A stretch of DNA of 64,000 nt from Thermoplasmatales archaeon (GTDB taxonomy: Archaea; Thermoplasmatota; E2; UBA202; JdFR-43), in NCBI GenBank assembly GCA_014361195.1, contig JACIWA010000002.1, forward strand, positions 4,310 to 68,309. Direction: 5' to 3'. The position numbers and the translations under genes were made by a program. Shown here one piece after another: positions 47,063 through 57,169 of the stretch. Numbering within the stretch: the stretch's first letter is position 1; every line of letters starts with the position of its first letter. The notes under the pieces were generated by a model, which saw only the letters and a program-made list of their open reading frames with translations, ran no database searches and had not been told where the DNA came from.

Positions 47063-48401
47063 GCTCTATATTTACTTTTGATATAACCATCGGGTAAGAA
47101 TATCCTACTTTCTCCGCCTCTTTCTCTTTCACTTCAACTTTAATCTTTCCTCCAAAAAATTTTTCATAAGCATTCTTTACTTCCTCCAAAAAATCGTTCC
47201 CGACTTCATCTTCTCCTTCAATCCTTATTTCAATTCTATCTATCCTATCCTGTATAAACTGATATCTCTTCAATTTCTTGCCTTTATTTCTCTCCAATAC
47301 CTCAATAAAGGGCATAGGGAGCGTGGCGGGCGGTATGAGGGCGCCCCCCTCCAGTATTATTGCATCCTTCCTTCTCCCTCCCAGGCACTCAAGGAGCGGG
47401 GTTTTTTGTCCGCAGTTACATTTTTGACTGGAAAGAGATGCTATGTCATTTAGCCCACTATACCTTATTATAGGAGTTGCGCTGGCATGGAGGCGGGTTA
47501 TTACAACGTTTCCTAACTCTCCTTCATTTACTTCCTCAAAATTTTTGTCAAGAATCTCTACATATGAAAAATCACTGTTTATGTGAAAACTTTTTTGAAG
47601 GCACTCAAAAGCTATCGATCCACCCTCAGTTGTTGCATAAAGATTTAATACCTTGCTGTTAAAAGCTTCTTCAACATATTTTCTTGAATAATCATCTAAA
47701 ACTTCCCCACTTGAAATTATATAATGTGGCGAAACTTTTCCTTGTTTTTTTCTTAGATAAGCCAATCCCATCAAAACACTTGGATACCCAATTATAAGTT
47801 TTGGAGAAAATTCCTCTATTTTTTCTAACAAATTCTTCACTTCCTCGCCAGCATATAAATTCTGATAATTTCTTAAAGAAAAGAAAGAGGATAAATTCTT
47901 CATCAATCCTTTCCTCAAACATTCTTCATCACTTGTTCTTGGGACAGAAAAGTCGCCTATATTTGTTATTCTATCTTTCCTCCAGTTTATTCCATAGGTA
48001 AGAAGTGGCCTTAACGCAAAAATCGCCTCTATCATTATGCATTCTATATCTTTGAATATTGTAATTGCCTTGCCAGATGAGCCAGAAGTGCTGACAGAAA
48101 TCTTATTTTTTTTATAGTTTTTTGGCAATATTTTATCTGGATAGGAATTTATCATATCCTCCTTTGTAACGACAGGTAATTTCTTTAAATCCTCTATACC
48201 TCTAACATCTTCTGGTTTTATACCCGCTTTTTTATATTTTTCATAATATAATGGGACTTTATATGCATATCTTATAACTCTTCTGATTGCTTTATCCTGA
48301 TATCTTTTTATTGCCTCCTCACTTTTCCACGCCCTTTTTCTATCTGTTAGATAATGTTTTACAATTTTTGCGGAGAATAACGGATTAAAGAGAGGATTCA
48401 T
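47037..48401 (-). CDS. phenylacetate-CoA ligase-like (PaaK/CapK) adenylate-forming enzyme
   Basis: STSGSSG, GYPS, Y.TTE, P.IRY...D, GR..D. Confidence 0.8.
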   Translation of the reverse strand: MNPLFNPLFSAKIVKHYLTDRKRAWKSEEAIKRYQDKAIRRVIRYAYKVPLYYEKYKKAGIKPEDVRGIEDLKKLPVVTKEDMINSYPDKILPKNYKKNKISVSTSGSSGKAITIFKDIECIMIEAIFALRPLLTYGINWRKDRITNIGDFSVPRTSDEECLRKGLMKNLSSFFSLRNYQNLYAGEEVKNLLEKIEEFSPKLIIGYPSVLMGLAYLRKKQGKVSPHYIISSGEVLDDYSRKYVEEAFNSKVLNLYATTEGGSIAFECLQKSFHINSDFSYVEILDKNFEEVNEGELGNVVITRLHASATPIIRYSGLNDIASLSSQKCNCGQKTPLLECLGGRRKDAIILEGGALIPPATLPMPFIEVLERNKGKKLKRYQFIQDRIDRIEIRIEGEDEVGNDFLEEVKNAYEKFFGGKIKVEVKEKEAEKVGYSYPMVISKVNIEHEIQKSVK

Positions 48402-48482
48402 ATTTTTTCTTAAAAAGAAGCATTATAAATATTTTTTGTGAAAAAATAAAATCATATAAAAAATATTAAGAGGGGAAAAGGT

Positions 48483-48755
48483 TTATCTGGCGAGGTAAAT
48501 TTCTATACAGGAAACATTTACTTTTCCGCCCTGCTCGTTCGTTAGCTCTTCTGTGAATATTTTTACGTCCTCTATTTTTGCATCTGGTACAAATCTTCTT
48601 CTGACAATCTCTGCAACATCGACCGCTCTGGAGATGGCTCTTCCCCTCGCCTTTATTGCTACTTTGTTAGCTCCAGAGTTCAGCTGTGTTATTGCTGCCA
48701 ATACATAATTCATTGGCGGTTTATTTCCCACAAAGACTACATTTTCTTGCTGCAT
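48483..48755 (-). CDS. albA: DNA/RNA-binding protein Alba
   Basis: [27 protein letters not shown]. Confidence 0.95.
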   Translation of the reverse strand: MQQENVVFVGNKPPMNYVLAAITQLNSGANKVAIKARGRAISRAVDVAEIVRRRFVPDAKIEDVKIFTEELTNEQGGKVNVSCIEIYLAR

Positions 48756-48852
48756 TTTAATCCCTCGACCAAAAATATGAAATTAAAATATAAAAGTATC
48801 GGTCTAAAAATTTTAATGCGAAATGTTTTTATAATAAATTAAGTTTTTTATC

Positions 48853-49329
48853 ATGCCAGATTTAAAAAAACTTCTTGAAATTGCGATAAAATCTGAAATA
48901 GATGCCGCAGAAAATTATAAGAAAATGGCAGACACAACTAACATATTTCTATTAAAGGATAAATTAAATTTTTTGGAAAAAGAAGAAATAGGGCATAGAA
49001 ATCTTCTTGAAAAACTCTTCAGCAAAAAATTCCCGGGAGAGGATATAAATCTACCTAAGGGGAGTGAGATACCATTTCCAGAATTTAAAGTAAATAAAAA
49101 TATGCAGTTATCTGATATGATAAGGAAGGCAATGGAAGCGGAAAAAATTGCATCTGATTATTATAAAAAAATGGAGGGAAGTTTGAGCAAAGAGGAGGAA
49201 AAAGCAATGGCGAGGTATTTAGCGAGTATGGAGGAAAGTCATTATTATCTTTTAAAAAGCGAGCTAGAAATAGCTTATAACTTCGAGTTATATGATGAAG
49301 TTCATGAAATGATGCATATTGGACCATGA
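48853..49329 (+). CDS. ferritin-like / rubrerythrin-domain protein
   Basis: E...EE..H twice (AIKSE, EEIGH, AMEAE, MEESH). Confidence 0.85.
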   Translation: MPDLKKLLEIAIKSEIDAAENYKKMADTTNIFLLKDKLNFLEKEEIGHRNLLEKLFSKKFPGEDINLPKGSEIPFPEFKVNKNMQLSDMIRKAMEAEKIASDYYKKMEGSLSKEEEKAMARYLASMEESHYYLLKSELEIAYNFELYDEVHEMMHIGP

Positions 49330-49514
49330 ATAAAGTAGATTTGATATTTTTATCCTATATTCTTTTAATTCTACCCCTCGTTTCTTTAATCTATTTTGCA
49401 TATATTTTTACAAATCTGGATAAAATTTTTAGCATTTTAGGAGTAATCATATTTTGGGCTTTGGCAATTCCATACCCTTTATACTGGTATGGAAAGAATA
49501 GGATTTTTATATAA
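49326..49514 (+). CDS. small two-TM hypothetical protein
   Basis: ATGA overlap with upstream gene; two hydrophobic helices. Confidence 0.6.
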   Translation: MNKVDLIFLSYILLILPLVSLIYFAYIFTNLDKIFSILGVIIFWALAIPYPLYWYGKNRIFI

Positions 49515-49531
49515 GAAATAAATTCGCATAC

Positions 49532-49858
49532 ATGGAAAAAAAGGAAATGCTTGGATTATACATAGGAATAGGAGATGTATTTGAAAATGAAAAAAGGATA
49601 GGTGAGTGTATATTTAACTTAGAAATAATAATGATGCCCTCTGGAAAAATAGAGAGTGAGGGAGTTATTTTGGAAGTAACTGATGGTGAAATAAATTATG
49701 AGGGCAGAGAAGCAACTTTTAAAATATCAGGAATTTTAAGCAGAGATCATACTACCTACTCAACTGAATTTAAATGCAGAATAAGTCCAAAAACCTATCC
49801 AAAATTTGTTGTAGAAGATAGTGAAGAGATTTTCAAAAACCTAAAACCTAATCCTTAG
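49532..49858 (+). CDS. hypothetical beta-rich protein
   Basis: 108-aa ORF with typical composition, co-oriented in the operon. Confidence 0.65.
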   Translation: MEKKEMLGLYIGIGDVFENEKRIGECIFNLEIIMMPSGKIESEGVILEVTDGEINYEGREATFKISGILSRDHTTYSTEFKCRISPKTYPKFVVEDSEEIFKNLKPNP

Positions 49859-51628
49859 CATTTCTGTTTTTTCCTTCGCCTTTGGAAGATGGAAATAAAG
49901 GGTAAATTTAACACCTTTTCCAAGCTCGCTCTCAACTTCTATTTTACCATCATATTGTTCCATAATTTTTTTTACAATATATAAGCCCATGCCGCTGCCC
50001 CTTCCGCCCTTCTTCCAGCCCTCCTCAAAAATTTTCTCTAATTCTTCTCTTAGGATGCCTTTTCCATCATCTTTAAAATAAATTTTATAGAAACCTCCTT
50101 CTCTTTCCCCGTATATTTCTATATTCTTGCAGTTTGAATGCTTTATTGAGTTGTCAATTAAATTTGAAAAAATATCTCTTATAAGATCATTGGCTAATAT
50201 TGAAACATCATTAATTTTGCACGATATTTTTATATCCTTTTCCTTTAATTTTTCTCCATAAAGGGAGCATTCTTCTTCTATGATTTCTTTTATTTTCACT
50301 GGCTGTATTTCTTTTTTTATTTTTCTTATTTCCTCCGCCTTCTTTACATTATTGACCAATCTATTTATATCATGAAGTGCCTCTCTTATTTTTTTGATAA
50401 ATAGCTCCTGTTTTTTTGTTATATTTGTTTTTTCAAGAAGGCCGAGATAGCCAATAGCAACCTCATTTTTGTTATAGATATCATGTCTCAAAAGAGAATT
50501 ATAAAATTCTGCTTCTTTCTCCTTCTCCTTTTCTGAAGTTATATCACTTACAACAACTATTACTTCTCCATCTAAGACCCTAGCCTTTTCCGTAGCAATA
50601 AATTCTCTATTTTTCCCTTTCCATTTACTTAAAAATTTCTCAACTTTTCCTTTCTTCAATTCTTCAAAAAATTTATCTCTGTTTTCAGAAAAATCTGAAA
50701 TTTTCTTTCCCTCTAATTCTTCAAAATTGTAACCCGATAGTTCTTCGAAACAATTATTAACATAAATTATATTTCCCTCCATATCAGTTTTGTAAATTGC
50801 GAAATCATCAATTATATTCTTGGCACTATCTATATTTTCAATTGCATTAGAGATAGCTATTCTTAAAAATTCAACTTTATCAACTTTTTCTTTATCAGAA
50901 TATGGAATTGAAATGAAGCCAGCGAATTCATTTCCTTTATATATTAAGAATTTTTGAAAATTTTCCTCAATTTTTCCTCTTTCCTTATCAAACAATTTTA
51001 TGTAGAATGGGGTATTTAGTTCTTCAAGAAATTGAGAAGCTTTATCAATTATTTCATCAATACTTTTACTTTTCAGCAAGTTATCAAAAATTTTGTATAT
51101 ATCTTCTTCTATAATAAATTCTAAAACATCAGTTGCTCTTATTATAACCCTTGCAGGTTTTTCATTTATTGAGATTTTTCCCTCGTATTCTCCTCTATCC
51201 AAAACAATTGATAAAATTTCCTCAAGCCTTTCTTTTCCCTCGACAATACCATATATATTTTTCCCTTTTAAATCGTTCCATTCCTCACTTGCTTGAAGGA
51301 TATTTCCCAAAAAATCAGTTATAAAAGATACCTCCTCTTTTTTAATTTCATTACCTATTGAATAAAATTTTCCATTATGCTTTATAACCTTTAAATAAAT
51401 TATTTTCCTTTCATTACCAATTTTTAAAATAAGTTTTCCCTCACTCCTTCCCTTCTTTTTTGCATCGTAAAAAATTTTTGCTGCTTTCTTCCTTTCTTCT
51501 CCTTCAAAAGCGTCTATAAAACTTTTTCCTATAAGTTCCTTACTGAGATTATTTACAAACTCAAAATTACCCATTCCATCCAAGATGAATGTTACGTATT
51601 CATCGAATAGCTTTATTATTCCCTCCAC
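49841..51628 (-). CDS. cytoplasmic PAS-domain sensor histidine kinase
   Basis: PAS-like D..GNI.YVN; H-box LRHDI.N; N-box NLIDNSIKH; DDGKGI; GSGMGL. Confidence 0.88.
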   Translation of the reverse strand: MEGIIKLFDEYVTFILDGMGNFEFVNNLSKELIGKSFIDAFEGEERKKAAKIFYDAKKKGRSEGKLILKIGNERKIIYLKVIKHNGKFYSIGNEIKKEEVSFITDFLGNILQASEEWNDLKGKNIYGIVEGKERLEEILSIVLDRGEYEGKISINEKPARVIIRATDVLEFIIEEDIYKIFDNLLKSKSIDEIIDKASQFLEELNTPFYIKLFDKERGKIEENFQKFLIYKGNEFAGFISIPYSDKEKVDKVEFLRIAISNAIENIDSAKNIIDDFAIYKTDMEGNIIYVNNCFEELSGYNFEELEGKKISDFSENRDKFFEELKKGKVEKFLSKWKGKNREFIATEKARVLDGEVIVVVSDITSEKEKEKEAEFYNSLLRHDIYNKNEVAIGYLGLLEKTNITKKQELFIKKIREALHDINRLVNNVKKAEEIRKIKKEIQPVKIKEIIEEECSLYGEKLKEKDIKISCKINDVSILANDLIRDIFSNLIDNSIKHSNCKNIEIYGEREGGFYKIYFKDDGKGILREELEKIFEEGWKKGGRGSGMGLYIVKKIMEQYDGKIEVESELGKGVKFTLYFHLPKAKEKTEMLRIRF

Positions 51629-51705
51629 ATAAATATTTTCATGTAGTATATAAATGTTTTTTGTAAAAAATCAAAATAATTAAAAATATATATTCTATTT
51701 ACTAT

Positions 51706-52758
51706 ATGGGATTGGAAAAAATAATTGAAAAATATAAAGGTGATGTAGCTATAGCAACATCCTGCTCCCATTCAAGTTTGCAAATTTTTAATGGAGCCAG
51801 AAAAGAAGGTTTTAAAAGCATTGGAATTGCTATTGGCAAAAAGCCTGATTTTTATGAAGCTTTTCCCCTTGGTAAACCAGATGAATTTATTATTCTAAAA
51901 AATTACAATGAAATAAACAAAAATGCTGAAAAATTTTATAAGAAAAAAGCAATAATAATTCCTCATGGCTCTTTTGTTGAATATATGGGTGCAAAAAATT
52001 TTATGAAATTAAAAGTTCCTACATTTGGAAATAAAAAGACTCTTGAATGGGAATCTGACAGAGAAAAAGAAAGGAAGTGGCTTGAGAGTGCGGGTTTAAA
52101 ATTACCAGAAACTATAGAAGACCCAAAAGATATAGATAGACCAGTAATAGTAAAATATTATGGTGCAAAGGGAGGAAAAAATTTTTTTATTGCAAGAAGT
52201 TATGAAGAATTTAAGAAAAAAGTTGAAAAAAAACCATATACAATTCAAGAATTTTTAATTGGAACAAGATATTATCTCCATTATTTTTATTCGCCTTTAA
52301 TTAAGGAAGGCTATAGAACCGCAAAAGGTAGTTTGCAGCTTCTTTCAATAGACAGGAGAGATGAAACAAATATCGATGAAGCACATCGCCTGGGATCATT
52401 TTCTGAGCTCGAGAAGATGGGGATTCAGCCAACATTTGTAGTTACAGGAAATACACCAATAGTTATAAGAGAATCACTCCTTCCAAAAGTTTTTGAAATG
52501 GGTAAAAGAGTTGTTGAAGCGTCCTACAAACTTTTCGGTGGGATAATAGGGCCTTTTTGCCTTGAAACAGTTATAACAGATAAACTTGAGATAAAAGTAT
52601 TTGAAATATCTGGAAGAATAGTTGCAGGGACAAACCTCTTCATTTCAGGTAGCACATATTCTGATTTAATTCAGCCCTCCTTGTCCACGGGCAGACGAAT
52701 TGCGCAGGAAATAAAATTTGCATTAGAGGAAGATAGTTTGGAAGAAATATTAACATGA
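51706..52758 (+). CDS. purP: FAICAR synthetase (formate-dependent), PurP family
   Basis: SHSSLQI..GA..EGF, IPHGSF, GAKGG, IGPFCLE, FEISGRIVAGTN. Confidence 0.92.
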   Translation: MGLEKIIEKYKGDVAIATSCSHSSLQIFNGARKEGFKSIGIAIGKKPDFYEAFPLGKPDEFIILKNYNEINKNAEKFYKKKAIIIPHGSFVEYMGAKNFMKLKVPTFGNKKTLEWESDREKERKWLESAGLKLPETIEDPKDIDRPVIVKYYGAKGGKNFFIARSYEEFKKKVEKKPYTIQEFLIGTRYYLHYFYSPLIKEGYRTAKGSLQLLSIDRRDETNIDEAHRLGSFSELEKMGIQPTFVVTGNTPIVIRESLLPKVFEMGKRVVEASYKLFGGIIGPFCLETVITDKLEIKVFEISGRIVAGTNLFISGSTYSDLIQPSLSTGRRIAQEIKFALEEDSLEEILT

Positions 52759-53366
52759 TGCATATTATAATTGGTGAGAGCGAGCTTGAAATTGGGAGCG
52801 AAATTGGCATAGATGATATTCTAGACTCCTCAATTCATTATCCTTATATGAGAAAACTTAAAGAGTGGAGAAGAAGGGGAAGACCAGATATAGCACACAT
52901 TTGTCTCTTAATCGCACTTGAATCAATTTTAAATAAAGAAAAATTACTCAAAATATATATTCATACAAGAAATGATAAAGTTATATATATTAATCCTGCA
53001 ACAAGAATAATAAAAAACTACAACAGATTTAAAGGATTGATGAAACAGCTCCTTAAATATGGCAGAGTGCCTTTGAGTGGATCTCCACTTATGAAAGTAA
53101 AAAAAGAAACACTTCCAGAGCTAATTGGCAAAATAAACGGTAAGAAAATTTTATTTAGCAGGAAAGGAAAGAAAAAGAGTCTTAAAGAATTATTTGAGGA
53201 AGAAACAGTTTGCATAATAGGAGGGTTTCCGAGCGGTGATTTTTCTTCTCCTGTGGAAAAATATGTAGATGAAGTAGTCAGCTTGCATGATGAGATGCTA
53301 CCCGCATGGATAGCGGAGATGGAAGCAATAGTGATGTATGAGGAATATTTAAGAGAAAGAATTTGA
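52755..53366 (+). CDS. nep1: 16S rRNA pseudouridine methyltransferase Nep1/Emg1
   Basis: ILD.S.H, RGRPDIAH, R...YNRF.GL..QL, IGGFP.GDF. Confidence 0.9.
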   Translation: MMHIIIGESELEIGSEIGIDDILDSSIHYPYMRKLKEWRRRGRPDIAHICLLIALESILNKEKLLKIYIHTRNDKVIYINPATRIIKNYNRFKGLMKQLLKYGRVPLSGSPLMKVKKETLPELIGKINGKKILFSRKGKKKSLKELFEEETVCIIGGFPSGDFSSPVEKYVDEVVSLHDEMLPAWIAEMEAIVMYEEYLRERI

Positions 53367-55067
53367 TTATTTCTCAAATAATTTCTTAAGATGATCCACC
53401 GTATATGTATTTATTACATCCTCCTTTTTTGCCCACCCTCTTCTCGCCACCGCAACACCCAGTTCATAGTATTTCAAATGTTCAAGGGTGTGAGCATCGG
53501 TCCCTATTGATAATTTAACTCTCATCTCAATAGCAAGCTTTGTATTTGTGTCATTTAAATCCAATCTATCAGGATAAGCATTTATTTCCATGATAACATT
53601 ATTATCCATTGCTGATTGCAAAACTTTTTCAATATCAACTTTTATTGGCTCTCTTTTCTGAATTATTCTACATGTGGGATGTGCTATTATATCAACATAT
53701 TCATTCTGTATCGCTTTTATAATACGGTTTGTCATTTCTTCTTCACTCATTCTAAAAGCGGTATGGACACTTGCAAGTACAATATCGACTTTACTTAAAA
53801 GAGAGTTACTGACATCTAGCTCACCATCTTTCATAATATTTGCCTCCACTCCGTGAAATATGTATATATCATCATATTTTTCCCTCAGCTTCTCTATTTC
53901 CTTACTCTGTTCAATTACTTTTTCCTCATTCATCCCTCCCGCTATTTTCAAACTCCCAACATGATCAGTTATTGCAATAAATTTATGTCCTAATTTTCTT
54001 GCTTCTTGAACCATTTCCTCTATTGTGTTTGCTCCATCACTCCATTCCGTATGCATTTGCAAGTCTCCTTTAACTTCTTCATATTCAACAATTTTCGGAA
54101 GCTTTCCATTCAATGCGAGCTCTATTTCTCCTCTATTTTCTCTCATTTCTGGAGGAATCCATTGCATCCCGAGCATCCTATATACCTCTTCCTCATTTTC
54201 TCCAGCAATTCTTACATCATTTTCAAACAACCCATATTCATTTAATTTGTATCCTTTCTTTATAGCAATTTTTCTGAGCTCTATATTGTGCTCCTTGCTA
54301 CCTGTGAAATATTGTAAGGCGGAGCCAAAGCTTTCCTTATCAACTATCCTCAAATCAACCTGTAACCCTCCATAAAGCCTTACAGAGGACTTTGTATCGC
54401 CTTTAGCAATTACCTTTTCAACATTTTTCATGCTTGTAAAAATATCCATAATTTTCTCGGAATTTTTTGATACCGCAAGTATATCAACGTCTCCTATTGT
54501 CTCCTTCCTTCTCCTTATAGATCCAGCCAAACTTATTTTATCTACATATTCCTTTAGCAAATCTATAATATCGAGAGCATCTTTTAAGGCGAATCCAAGC
54601 AAAAAGCGCTCTTGCCTTTTTCTCGCTATTTCTATTCCTTCGAGTATATTCTTTTCAGTTTTTTCTCCAAATCCTTTTAGCTGTCTTATTTTTCCTTCTC
54701 TAGCAGCTTTTTCCAGATCATCCAAATTTTTAACTCCTAGTTGCTCATACAGAGCCTTTATCATTTTTGGACCGAGTCCTTCAATTTTTGACAGACCCTC
54801 AATATCAACTGGTATTTTCTTCTTCATTTCCTCCAACTTACTTATCTTTCCTGTTTCTAAATATTCCTTTATTTTTTCCTCTATACTTTTTCCAACACCA
54901 GGTATTTTTTTCAATTCATCTTTCTTATACAATTCCTCTATATCAACACCTACGCTCTCTATGTTCTGTGCCGCCTTCCTGTAGGCGCGGGGTTTGAATT
55001 CTATACCCTCTATTTCAAGTAAATCCGCGAGTTCATAGAGCAATTTTGCGATTTCTTGGTTTTTCAT
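53367..55067 (-). CDS. polX: DNA polymerase X with PHP domain
   Basis: HhH motifs, AGSIRR, GDVD, YFTGSKEHN, HT.WSDG, TDH, HPT, TDAH. Confidence 0.95.
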   Translation of the reverse strand: MKNQEIAKLLYELADLLEIEGIEFKPRAYRKAAQNIESVGVDIEELYKKDELKKIPGVGKSIEEKIKEYLETGKISKLEEMKKKIPVDIEGLSKIEGLGPKMIKALYEQLGVKNLDDLEKAAREGKIRQLKGFGEKTEKNILEGIEIARKRQERFLLGFALKDALDIIDLLKEYVDKISLAGSIRRRKETIGDVDILAVSKNSEKIMDIFTSMKNVEKVIAKGDTKSSVRLYGGLQVDLRIVDKESFGSALQYFTGSKEHNIELRKIAIKKGYKLNEYGLFENDVRIAGENEEEVYRMLGMQWIPPEMRENRGEIELALNGKLPKIVEYEEVKGDLQMHTEWSDGANTIEEMVQEARKLGHKFIAITDHVGSLKIAGGMNEEKVIEQSKEIEKLREKYDDIYIFHGVEANIMKDGELDVSNSLLSKVDIVLASVHTAFRMSEEEMTNRIIKAIQNEYVDIIAHPTCRIIQKREPIKVDIEKVLQSAMDNNVIMEINAYPDRLDLNDTNTKLAIEMRVKLSIGTDAHTLEHLKYYELGVAVARRGWAKKEDVINTYTVDHLKKLFEK

Positions 55068-55178
55068 ATTTATTCAATTTTTTTTTATTAATATATTTTA
55101 CTTTCCCATTAATGATTTTCTCTAGTTTAAGCTACCCAAATGAAAAAATTAAAATAAGCGATTATTTTAATTCAGCAA

Positions 55179-55820
55179 ATGATTGAGATAGTAGATATTT
55201 TGAAGAAAGAATATCCATATGTCAAGGGCACCGCTCTAAATTATACAAACCCTTTAGAACTTCTTATTGCAACTATTTTATCCGCCCAGACAACAGATGA
55301 AAGGGTAAATATGGTAACAAAAGAGCTTTTTAAAAAATACAGAAATGCTGAGGATTTTGCAAAAGCGGATATAAGCGAGCTTGAAAATTATATAAAAAGC
55401 GTGAATTTTTACAAAAATAAGGCAAGATATATAAAAGAGTGCTGTAAAATAATATCCGAAAAATATGGTGGAAAAGTGCCTGTTAATATGGAGGAATTGC
55501 TCTCTCTGCCTGGAGTGAGCAGAAAAACCGCAAATGTCGTTCTTTCAAACGCATTCAGAAAAGATGAGGGAATTGTTGTCGATACCCATGTGATGAGATT
55601 GAGCCAGAGAATAGGACTTACAAATGAGAAAAATAGAGAAAAAATTGAGAAAGATCTGATGAAGAAATTTCCAAAAGATAAATGGTTTGATTTGTCAAAT
55701 CTTTTAATTGCTCATGGAAGAAAAATATGCAGGGCAAAAAATCCACTTTGTGAGAAATGCGTCTTAAATAAGATATGCAGGAGTGCCTATGAGTATCGAA
55801 GAAGAGATAAGAAGGATTGA
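55179..55820 (+). CDS. nth: endonuclease III
   Basis: LSAQTTD, LPGV.RKTA, VDTHV, C-x6-C-x2-C-x5-C. Confidence 0.95.
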   Translation: MIEIVDILKKEYPYVKGTALNYTNPLELLIATILSAQTTDERVNMVTKELFKKYRNAEDFAKADISELENYIKSVNFYKNKARYIKECCKIISEKYGGKVPVNMEELLSLPGVSRKTANVVLSNAFRKDEGIVVDTHVMRLSQRIGLTNEKNREKIEKDLMKKFPKDKWFDLSNLLIAHGRKICRAKNPLCEKCVLNKICRSAYEYRRRDKKD

Positions 55821-56829
55821 AGAAGAAATAAAAAACACCCCCTACAATAAAGCAACCGAGAAACACATAGGGCGCCTCAAGGCGAAGCTCGCCCGCCTCA
55901 AGGAGGAGGCAAAAAAATCCGGGAAGAAGGGAGGGCATGGTTTTGCGATAAAAAAAGCGGGGGATGCAAGTGTTGCAATAGTTGGGCCACCTTCTGTTGG
56001 AAAATCTACTCTGCTGAACAGTTTGACGAATGCGAGGAGTGATGTTGCGGACTATGCCTTTACAACAAAATTGCCAGTGCCAGGGATGATGGAATATGAA
56101 GGAACTCAGATACAGATAATTGACTTGCCCGGTTTACTAAAAGGTAAAGCAGAAAAGGAAATAATTTCAATGGTGAGAAATGTTGATTTGATAATTATAA
56201 TGGTTGATATTTATACAGTTGATAAGATTGAAGAAATAGAAAAAGAGTTGAGAGAGGCGGGAATAAAGATAAACGAAAAAAAACCCGATGTTATAATAAG
56301 AAAAAAGGATAGAGGGGGATTTTCAATTCAATTTTCAAAAAAATGCAGGATGAGTGAGGAAGTTGCGAAAGCAATTTTAATGGAGTATCTAAATAATGCA
56401 GATGTTGTTATAAGAGATGATATTAATGAAGAGCAACTTATAGATGCAGTATTAGGAAATAAAGTATATTTGCCAGCTATTAGAGTAATAAATAAAATAG
56501 ATATTGAGCAAGTAGAAAAAAGCTTGGATGCAATTTATATATCAGCAAAATTTGGGCATGGACTAGAAGAATTAAAGAGAATAATTTTTGAAAAGCTTGA
56601 ATTGATAAGAGTTTATATGAAACCAGAAAAAAAGAAAATAGAAGAGAAGCCAATGGTTATGAAAAAAGGAGCTACTGTTAGAGATGTTTGTGAAAAGCTT
56701 CATCGTGACTTTGTAAAAAATTTTCAGTATGCAATAGTAAGGGGGAAATCAGTTTCTTTCAATGGACAAAGGGTAGGACTAAACCATGAGCTGGCTGATG
56801 GAGATATCCTTACAATAATCACCCGATAG
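55783..56829 (+). CDS. DRG/Rbg-family OBG GTPase with TGS domain
   Basis: NKATE.HIG.LKAKLA, GPPSVGKS, YAFTT, DLPG, NKID, TGS domain. Confidence 0.93.
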   Translation: MPMSIEEEIRRIEEEIKNTPYNKATEKHIGRLKAKLARLKEEAKKSGKKGGHGFAIKKAGDASVAIVGPPSVGKSTLLNSLTNARSDVADYAFTTKLPVPGMMEYEGTQIQIIDLPGLLKGKAEKEIISMVRNVDLIIIMVDIYTVDKIEEIEKELREAGIKINEKKPDVIIRKKDRGGFSIQFSKKCRMSEEVAKAILMEYLNNADVVIRDDINEEQLIDAVLGNKVYLPAIRVINKIDIEQVEKSLDAIYISAKFGHGLEELKRIIFEKLELIRVYMKPEKKKIEEKPMVMKKGATVRDVCEKLHRDFVKNFQYAIVRGKSVSFNGQRVGLNHELADGDILTIITR

Positions 56830-57169
56830 CTTTTTCCTTTCTTATCTCATCTATCATTTCATAAGCATATCTTATATGAGGTATTGTTATTGAGCCACCA
56901 ACTATAAGGGCTATATCCAAAGCTTCATATATTTCATCATTTGTATATCCTTCTTCAACGCATCTATCCAAGTGGTAAAGAATGCAATCATTGCATCTCA
57001 GCACAACTGATGCAACAAGCCCCAGCAATTCCTTTGTTTTTCTACTCAATTTGTTGTCCAGATAAACATTGTTGTCAAGGGAAAAAAATCTCTTTGTATT
57101 TAGTGTCCCCTCCTGCAAAATCTTCTTATTAATTTTTTCCCTATATTCCTTAAATTCTCTGTACCTCAT
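56819..57169 (-). CDS. carboxymuconolactone decarboxylase/AhpD-like protein
   Basis: KTKELLGL, RCNDCI.YH, GG...IP. Confidence 0.85.
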   Translation of the reverse strand: MRYREFKEYREKINKKILQEGTLNTKRFFSLDNNVYLDNKLSRKTKELLGLVASVVLRCNDCILYHLDRCVEEGYTNDEIYEALDIALIVGGSITIPHIRYAYEMIDEIRKEKAIG

